From the IMG/VR virus record IMGVR_UViG_2541047680_000005: a stretch of 12,296 bases of DNA. The stretch is one strand, 5' to 3'. This DNA is from a virus (lineage: Duplodnaviria; Heunggongvirae; Uroviricota; Caudoviricetes). The notes under the pieces were generated by a model that made no database searches, was not told where the DNA came from, and was given only the letters and a program-made list of their open reading frames with translations. A program made the position numbers and the translations under genes. This document shows, in pieces, positions 7,238 to 12,296 of the stretch. The stretch's first letter is position 1. Each line of letters starts with the position of its first letter.

Positions 7238-7465
7238 ATGAATATTAATGAAATTCGTGGAAATATGACTGAAGCGGCCCTGAGTGTGGAATGTGTTATG
7301 CGTGGATACCCACGCATTTCCCTGAAAGAGTTAAGCGAAGCCTGTTTTTTGAGTCAAGCTGCCGTTGAATTTATCATCGAACAGATGATCTGTTTTGGGG
7401 TTGCAAAGCGTAGCGGGTCTGGTCGATATTCTTTGACCGATGAATATAAGCAGGCAACTTTCTAA
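7238..7465 (+). CDS. Hypothetical protein (75 aa), possible small DNA-binding regulator
   Basis: SD GAGAGG 6 nt upstream. Directly followed by a palindrome copy and a structured noncoding region. Confidence 0.55.
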   Translation: MNINEIRGNMTEAALSVECVMRGYPRISLKELSEACFLSQAAVEFIIEQMICFGVAKRSGSGRYSLTDEYKQATF

Positions 7466-7470
7466 AAACT

Positions 7471-7488
7471 GTGCGACCACGGTCGCAC
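7471..7488. repeat. 18-bp palindrome copy 3 (GTGCGACCACGGTCGCAC, arms extend to 10 bp)
   Basis: Begins 6 bp after the stop of gene 7238..7465, at the head of the structured noncoding region. Confidence 0.6.
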
Positions 7489-7573
7489 AGCACAAAAACG
7501 AAAAAGCTTGGCAAAATTACGGTTTTTAGTTATTGTTTTGTTAAGTTGGGTTTTTTGTACCCAACAGCCAACA

Positions 7574-7597
7574 AGCCGCCTTTATGGCGGTTTTTTT
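7574..7597 (+). terminator. Intrinsic terminator (short GC stem CCGCC / GGCGG, loop TTTAT, then T7)
   Basis: Stem 7576..7580 / 7586..7590 followed by TTTTTTT at 7591..7597; downstream of the small-gene pair and upstream of the methyltransferase. Confidence 0.5.
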
Positions 7598-7614
7598 GTG
7601 CCTGAAAAGTGGGC

Positions 7615-7640
7615 GCAGGACAAGTTGCAGCTTGTCCTGC
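7615..7640. repeat. Perfect 10-bp inverted repeat GCAGGACAAG-TTGCAG-CTTGTCCTGC
   Basis: Read directly; no T-tract follows, so not a classic terminator. Candidate protein-binding site or RNA stem-loop. Confidence 0.5.
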
Positions 7641-7684
7641 GGTCAACCCATGCCAGAGCTATAGGCTGAACCTAAAGCCCACCC

Positions 7685-7698
7685 GCGATGCGCATCGC
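7685..7698. repeat. Perfect 14-bp palindrome GCGATGCGCATCGC
   Basis: Read directly; contains the ATG at 7688 that the ORF track uses as the methyltransferase start. Confidence 0.45.
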
Positions 7699-7732
7699 CG
7701 GGTTAGCTTACCCAGGCAAAAAAATAATAGCT

Positions 7733-8809
7733 ATGTTCAAAACCACTAATATTCATGGCGCGCAACTCGTTTGCGCAGATTCTCTGCAATTTATCAAAAC
7801 CATCCCTGATAACTCGGTCAATTTGATTGCAACAGACCCACCATACTTCGGCGTAAAGGCTAACGCATGGGATAACCAGTGGGATAGCGATGCTGACTTT
7901 TTGGGGTGGATTGATGAATTTTTGGCAGAATTTTGGCGGATATTGGCCCCTAATGGCAGCCTGTATATGTTTACCGGCTCTCGCCTTGCGTCAAAAATTG
8001 AATTATTAACTCGCGACCGTTTCAATGTTCTGAACCATATCATTTGGGCTAAACCCAGTGGTATGTGGCGCGGTTGTCATAAAGAAAGTTTAAGGGCTTA
8101 TTTTCCTGCCACTGAAAGAATATTATTTGCAGAGCATTACGGCGCGTCAGGTTATGCTAAAGGTCAGTCAGGTTATGCTTCAAAATGTGCAGATTTAAGA
8201 AAAAATATTTTTTCTCCACTAATTGATGCTTTTTCGCTGGCTCGCCGTCAGTTAGATATATCAGCCGCAGACATTAATTCAGCAACAGGAAAGCAGATGT
8301 GTTCGCACTGGTTTTCTTATTCGCAGTGGCGGCTTCCATCATTAAGTGATTTTAATAAACTATGCGAATTATTTCGCAGGAAGGCAGATTCACTCGGTGT
8401 CCCGTGTCCATATCCTTTTAATGTTGATTATTCAGAACATGAAAAGCGTTATAGCGATCTGAAATTGCGTTATGAGGAAGTAAAGAAGCAGTATGATGAT
8501 TTGAAGGCTCAGTATGAAAATTTGCGCCGCCCATTTCATGTTACTGCTGATGTACCTTATACCGATGTATGGGAGTTTCCTCCTGTGCAATATTATCCTG
8601 GCAAGCACCCATGTGAAAAACCTGCAGCGATGATGGAACATATTATAAAAAGTAGTTCCCGCTCCGGAGATATCGTTGCCGATTTCTTTATGGGATCAGG
8701 CTCTACTATTAAAGCCGCGCTGAAGTTAGGTCGTCAGGCAATCGGTATTGAGATTGAGGGTGAACGTTATCTTCAGACAGTTGATGAAGTGAAAAAGTTA
8801 TTTGAGTAA
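7733..8809 (+). CDS. Orphan beta-class DNA methyltransferase (N6-adenine or N4-cytosine)
   Basis: DPPY (motif IV) near the N-terminus in NLIATDPPYFG and FFMGSGST (motif I, AdoMet binding) near the C-terminus; this motif order defines the beta class. A coiled-coil-like insert (YSDLKLRYEEVKKQYDDLKAQYENLRR) lies between them. Start ATG 7733 chosen so DPPY sits ~35 aa from the N-terminus; the ATG at 7688 is possible. No restriction endonuclease partner is visible. Confidence 0.8.
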   Translation: MFKTTNIHGAQLVCADSLQFIKTIPDNSVNLIATDPPYFGVKANAWDNQWDSDADFLGWIDEFLAEFWRILAPNGSLYMFTGSRLASKIELLTRDRFNVLNHIIWAKPSGMWRGCHKESLRAYFPATERILFAEHYGASGYAKGQSGYASKCADLRKNIFSPLIDAFSLARRQLDISAADINSATGKQMCSHWFSYSQWRLPSLSDFNKLCELFRRKADSLGVPCPYPFNVDYSEHEKRYSDLKLRYEEVKKQYDDLKAQYENLRRPFHVTADVPYTDVWEFPPVQYYPGKHPCEKPAAMMEHIIKSSSRSGDIVADFFMGSGSTIKAALKLGRQAIGIEIEGERYLQTVDEVKKLFE

Positions 8810-8904
8810 CTGAAGAATATATTCCCCTGCCGTTTTTGATGGGGTTATTTCTCGCCGTATAGTTTCCAAGCCGAAACCTCAGCAACTATTGCGAGGTAAG
8901 AGAT

Positions 8905-9177
8905 ATGAAGATGGATGAACGATACAGCAGCGCATCTTATGGTAGTGCTGGTCTTACTGCGTTCTTTGCCAGCCTGTCATTGCAGGATTGGGGCTTCATT
9001 ATCGGTGTCGCGTTCAGCATTATCCTCGGTGTACTTACATACCGGCTCAATAAACGCGAGCAGATGAAGCGCACGAAGATATTGCAGGACATATTGGATA
9101 AAACTGATGCCAATAATATTTCCGCCACGGCGATGGTTATTGGTGAATTGGGAAAGAGAGCACCGAAGGAAATATGA
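8905..9177 (+). CDS. Class II (pinholin-like) holin with dual-start motif
   Basis: 90 aa. Begins MKMDERY (Met1-Lys2-Met3, the classic antiholin/holin dual start). Two hydrophobic segments, [12 protein letters not shown] and [18 protein letters not shown], then a charged C-terminal tail. SD GAGGT 7 nt upstream. Directly precedes a SAR endolysin and resembles phage 21 S21 as I recall it. Confidence 0.8.
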   Translation: MKMDERYSSASYGSAGLTAFFASLSLQDWGFIIGVAFSIILGVLTYRLNKREQMKRTKILQDILDKTDANNISATAMVIGELGKRAPKEI

Positions 9178-9674
9178 TGCAGTCATCATTACGCAAAGCT
9201 GTCGCAACAGCTATTGGTGGCGGGGCTATTGCCATAGCATCTGTGCTCATCTCTGGTCCGAGCGGCAACGATGGTCTGGAAGGTGTGAGACATAACCCCT
9301 ACAAAGACATCGTTGGTGTATGGACTGTATGTTACGGGCATACAGGAAAAGACATTATGCTCGGTAAAACGTATACCGAAGCAGAATGCAAAGCTCTCCT
9401 GAATAAAGACCTTGCTACTGTCGCCAGACAAATTAACCCGTACATCAAAGTCGATATACCGGAAACAACGCGTGGTGCTCTTTACTCGTTCGTTTACAAC
9501 GTGGGTGCAGGCAATTTCAGAACATCGACACTTCTTCGCAAAATCAACCAGGGCGATATCAAAGGTGCATGTGATCAACTACGTCGCTGGACATATGCTG
9601 GCGGTAAGCAATGGAAAGGGCTGATGACTCGCCGTGAGATTGAGCGTGAAGTCTGTTTGTGGGGGCAGCAATGA
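9174..9674 (+). CDS. SAR endolysin (T4-lysozyme-like, GH24)
   Basis: N-terminal Gly/Ala-rich weakly hydrophobic segment [20 protein letters not shown] (signal-arrest-release type). Catalytic E-x8-D-x5-T spacing in [17 protein letters not shown]. Start overlaps the holin stop. Confidence 0.9.
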   Translation: MMQSSLRKAVATAIGGGAIAIASVLISGPSGNDGLEGVRHNPYKDIVGVWTVCYGHTGKDIMLGKTYTEAECKALLNKDLATVARQINPYIKVDIPETTRGALYSFVYNVGAGNFRTSTLLRKINQGDIKGACDQLRRWTYAGGKQWKGLMTRREIEREVCLWGQQ

Positions 9675-10138
9675 GCAGAGTAACCGCAATTATCTCCGCA
9701 CTGGTTATCTGCATCATCGTCTGCCTGTCGTGGGCTGTTAATCATTACCGTGATAACGCCATCGCCTACAAAGAACAGCGTGATAAAAAAGTCAGTGAGC
9801 TGAAGCAGGCGACCGCCACCATCGCTGACATGCAGCAGCGTCAGCGTGATGTTGCTGCGCTCGATGCAAAATACACGAAGGAGTTGGCTGATGCGAAAGC
9901 TGAAAATGATGCTCTTCGGCGCAAGCTTGATAATGGTGGTCGGGTGCTCGTCAAAGGAAAATGCTCTGTGCCATCCTCAGCCGAAACCTCCAGCGCCTCC
10001 GGCATGGGCAATGATGCCACCGTCGAACTCTCTCCAGTTGCTGGACGAAACGTTCTCGGTATCCGGGACGGAATCATCAGAGACCAGACAGCACTGAGAA
10101 CGCTTCAGGAATACATCAAGACGCAATGCCCGAATTAA
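9671..10138 (+). CDS. Rz: Rz-like inner-membrane spanin
   Basis: ATG 9671 overlaps the endolysin stop, with GGGGG 5 nt upstream. N-terminal TM helix [18 protein letters not shown], then a coiled-coil-like periplasmic domain. Contains the Rz1 gene in the +1 frame. Confidence 0.85.
   Translation: MSRVTAIISALVICIIVCLSWAVNHYRDNAIAYKEQRDKKVSELKQATATIADMQQRQRDVAALDAKYTKELADAKAENDALRRKLDNGGRVLVKGKCSVPSSAETSSASGMGNDATVELSPVAGRNVLGIRDGIIRDQTALRTLQEYIKTQCPN
9891..10097 (+). CDS. Rz1: Rz1-like outer-membrane lipoprotein spanin, embedded in Rz
   Basis: [44 protein letters not shown]: lipobox VVGC and a Pro-rich mature region, closely resembling lambda Rz1 as I recall it (MLKLKMML...VVVGCTSK...PPPPPAW). 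AAGGAG 7 nt upstream of the ATG. Confidence 0.8.
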   Translation: MRKLKMMLFGASLIMVVGCSSKENALCHPQPKPPAPPAWAMMPPSNSLQLLDETFSVSGTESSETRQH

Positions 10139-10179
10139 TCCCTCTGTATCAAAAACGAACTCAATTTGTTGGATAGTGA

Positions 10180-10491
10180 ATGAAAATTTATATTGCCGGG
10201 CCAATGACTGGATATGAGAACTTTAATCGTGACGCCTTTAATAAAGAGGCAGATCGTTTGTCACGACATGGTCACTCTGTCTTGAATCCAGCCACTTTGC
10301 CTAATGGTCTGACACAACGTGAATACATGGATATTTGCTTTGCAATGCTTCGTTGTGCTGATGCTATTTTGATGCTTCCTGGCTGGAAAGCGTCTGCTGG
10401 AGCAACTGCTGAGTATCATTACGCATACAAGATGGAGATGCCGGTATTCACTACGCTGAATTACCCGCCAGCTTGTTCCTCTGTAGCATAA
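10180..10491 (+). CDS. DUF4406-like protein (nucleoside 2-deoxyribosyltransferase-like fold)
   Basis: 103 aa beginning MKIYIAGPMTGYENFNRDAF, the N-terminal signature of this phage-associated family as I recall it. Function unknown. Confidence 0.6.
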   Translation: MKIYIAGPMTGYENFNRDAFNKEADRLSRHGHSVLNPATLPNGLTQREYMDICFAMLRCADAILMLPGWKASAGATAEYHYAYKMEMPVFTTLNYPPACSSVA

Positions 10492-10510
10492 AAATCTCTT
10501 TGTTTCTCGT

Positions 10511-10528
10511 GTGCGACCGTGGTCGCAC
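10511..10528. repeat. 18-bp palindrome copy 4 (GTGCGACCGTGGTCGCAC)
   Basis: 20 bp after the stop of the DUF4406-like gene. Confidence 0.6.
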
Positions 10529-10730
10529 ATTAAATACCGCGCTGCATCGTCGCCGTATTTCCGCATTAACCATGACCGTAGCCCGACGGGGAACTCCTCT
10601 GCGCGAGTGTGCGGAAATAATCAAAAACGATGCACACCGGGTTTTTACCGCGCTAATGATTCGCGGGTTTGTCCCTCATGCTCGCCAGTCCTGTGCGAGG
10701 GTGGAAGAAACAGGGCATGTATTCAGGAGC

Positions 10731-10748
10731 GTGCGACCGTGGTCGCAC
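10731..10748. repeat. 18-bp palindrome copy 5 (GTGCGACCGTGGTCGCAC)
   Basis: 24 bp upstream of the start codon of gene 10772..11632; with copy 4 it brackets a ~200-bp noncoding stretch. Confidence 0.6.
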
Positions 10749-10771
10749 GGTATCTTTGTCAGGAGGTTTTG

Positions 10772-11632
10772 ATGAAAGAGTTGCAAAAAATTAATTCAAT
10801 AATGGAAAGATTAAGTGCTCTTGAGCGTAAGCTGGACGATTGTGGAAAGCTGTGTGTTGAAAAGCAAAATGAGCTTTACCGGGAATTTTTTACAATCGTA
10901 AGTGAGCTGATGCCAATTGTTAATAACTGCCTGATGACATCCAGATTTTTTAATGTCGATGCTACTACATCCAGAAAATTTTCTGTGAAAATTCAAGAAA
11001 GAGTTTCTGGTAGTGTGACAAGAGAGATGGCTGAACAGTTGGTGGCAATGAGCAATAAAACAAAAAGAAAAAAGGCATTGCTTGTAACAGCAAATCAGCT
11101 TTCAGGGCGCGTTGACTTTCAGGTCAGACAGGGTGGGCGTGTACTGGTAAATGATGCGTTCGTTGGACGTAGCTTTAGTCCTTACTCGATAAAATATGAT
11201 GTTGATGCAGATGATCAGGATATCAGCATTTCCTGGAAATCTGAGACAGCAGGGATTGTATTAACAGCAGAGTTGTTGAGTGATGATAAAAATGATGTCC
11301 AGCATCATTTGGACGAAAAGAATCATATTTCTGAAATTTGTATGAAGCCACGCAGCGGAATGACTTTATTGTCACGCACTCTTGCTGCTGGCTTTTCTGC
11401 ACCGGAAAAACGTGTGCTTCTGGTAGTGCCTGAAGATGCAGATATTCGACCACTGAATGGCTGTGATGTTATTAGTGCAAAAACATTGCATACCCGCGTC
11501 ATTCCTGTACCGGATGTGGTCATTATTGATGATGTTGAGAAATGCAAGTCTGTTTCCTCAACTGCCACAATCAAGCGAATTTTACGTTGTAGCACGTCGG
11601 CTGTTGTATTCCGGAAGCAGTTACATAACTAA
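10772..11632 (+). CDS. Hypothetical protein (286 aa), candidate cargo gene
   Basis: Strong SD AGGAGG 5 nt before ATG 10772. The track ORF 10511..11632 starts at a GTG inside palindrome copy 4 and is rejected. N-terminal coiled-coil-like segment; no recognisable catalytic motif. The region looks more AT-rich than the rest of the window by eye. Confidence 0.7.
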   Translation: MKELQKINSIMERLSALERKLDDCGKLCVEKQNELYREFFTIVSELMPIVNNCLMTSRFFNVDATTSRKFSVKIQERVSGSVTREMAEQLVAMSNKTKRKKALLVTANQLSGRVDFQVRQGGRVLVNDAFVGRSFSPYSIKYDVDADDQDISISWKSETAGIVLTAELLSDDKNDVQHHLDEKNHISEICMKPRSGMTLLSRTLAAGFSAPEKRVLLVVPEDADIRPLNGCDVISAKTLHTRVIPVPDVVIIDDVEKCKSVSSTATIKRILRCSTSAVVFRKQLHN

Positions 11633-11755
11633 CAAGTTTTGTTTTGCAGAACATCCTCAACTAAAAGCTTATAGAAAGAGAGCCTGAGATATTTTTTCTG
11701 TCTCTCGTAGTTGTTTATTTTTCTCGAACAGGCTTACAACTTACAGGATATAAAC

Positions 11756-12205
11756 ATGCAAGAAGAAGCAAATAAAATTCTTGTTGATTTATTGAAGAAG
11801 GCCAGCGATGGAATTGATTCCGCCATTGCATTCAGTCAGGCTCAGATTCCGGATGTTGTTCATCAGTTGCTGGTATGGAATATGGTTGATAGCCTGATTA
11901 AAACATTAATAGCCATTTCAACAATCCCGCTGGTTTTCTGGTTTATGAAAAAACAGTACCAAAAAGTTGAAATTGGTATATTCGATAATGAAGGATGGTC
12001 ATGGGAGAAGGGAAAGCCTAAATACAAACCGACTATGATTTGGGAAAGTAACGGTGAGATTAGTTTTCTTATCTTACCATTAGCAGCAGTTTTTGTTCTG
12101 TGGGTAAGTTTTATTATTGCTGTAGTAACCAATATGACATGGTTAAAAATCTGGTTGGCACCTAAGTTATATCTAATCGAATACGCAGCATCACTAATTA
12201 AATAG
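11756..12205 (+). CDS. Hypothetical membrane protein (149 aa, two predicted TM helices)
   Basis: ATG 11756 with AGGA 7 nt upstream (track start 11711 is TTG). TM segments LIKTLIAISTIPLVFWFM and ISFLILPLAAVFVLWVSFIIAVV. Visibly AT-rich. Confidence 0.6.
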   Translation: MQEEANKILVDLLKKASDGIDSAIAFSQAQIPDVVHQLLVWNMVDSLIKTLIAISTIPLVFWFMKKQYQKVEIGIFDNEGWSWEKGKPKYKPTMIWESNGEISFLILPLAAVFVLWVSFIIAVVTNMTWLKIWLAPKLYLIEYAASLIK

Positions 12206-12249
12206 TCCATTACAAAAGCCATTCGCTACTGAGTGCTGATGAATCCCCT

Positions 12250-12271
12250 AATGATTTTGGTAAAAATCATT
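12250..12271. repeat. AT-rich palindrome AATGATTTT-GGTA-AAAATCATT
   Basis: 9-bp perfect arms read directly, 45 bp after the stop of the last gene. Confidence 0.45.
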
Positions 12272-12296
12272 AAGTTAAGGTAGATACACATCTTGT

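Noticed and set aside
7466-7732. tRNA or tmRNA gene in the long noncoding region
   Set aside because: No cloverleaf-compatible arrangement and no GTTCGAATC-like T-arm motif; the structures present are simple hairpins.
7753-9578. Minus-strand track ORFs inside the methyltransferase, holin and endolysin genes (7753..8043, 8432..8641, 8937..9128, 8977..9207, 9189..9578)
   Set aside because: They are antisense to genes with strong motif support, and their translations are low-complexity or Cys/Arg-rich with no start signals.
10261-10566. Minus-strand ORF 10261..10566 (101 aa)
   Set aside because: It is antisense to the DUF4406-like gene and runs across palindrome copy 4; Cys/Arg-rich translation with no SD.
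649-10748. CRISPR array built from the repeated palindrome
   Set aside because: The five copies are kilobases apart, irregularly spaced, in both orientations, and two lie inside genes. There is no repeat-spacer periodicity and no cas gene.
1-12296. Integrase, attachment site or transposase marking an integrated island
   Set aside because: Nothing in the six frames resembles a tyrosine or serine recombinase or a transposase. Absence from a 12-kb window proves nothing, but it fits the plasmid-prophage reading.

Overview
This 12.3-kb window reads as one contiguous stretch of a temperate phage genome from an enterobacterium. From left to right it holds: the N-terminal ~342 codons of a replication primase (minus strand, running off the left edge); a divergent immunity switch (CI-like repressor, Cro-like protein, three 16-bp operator palindromes between them); a rightward operon of mostly small, translationally coupled early genes, including a DEDDh 3'-5' exonuclease; an inverted HigB/HigA-type toxin-antitoxin pair; two small genes; a structured ~270-bp noncoding region; an orphan beta-class DNA methyltransferase; a complete lysis cassette (dual-start pinholin-like holin, SAR endolysin, Rz with embedded Rz1); a DUF4406-like gene; and an apparently AT-rich two-gene cassette of unknown function. 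No integrase, lambda O/P-type replication genes, tRNA, rRNA or CRISPR array is visible. The strongest non-genic signal is an 18-bp palindrome, GTGCGACC-(GT/AC)-GGTCGCAC, present five times. As I recall it, this is one symmetric substitution away from the F-plasmid sopC SopB-binding motif. Dispersed centromere sites of that kind, together with a primase-repressor-cro layout and a Gp49-like toxin, are the signature of N15-like linear plasmid-prophages. My working interpretation is therefore that this is the early/lysis arm of an N15-like phage-plasmid. That is inference from memory and gene order, not a database result. All protein calls rest on motifs read by eye from the translations.
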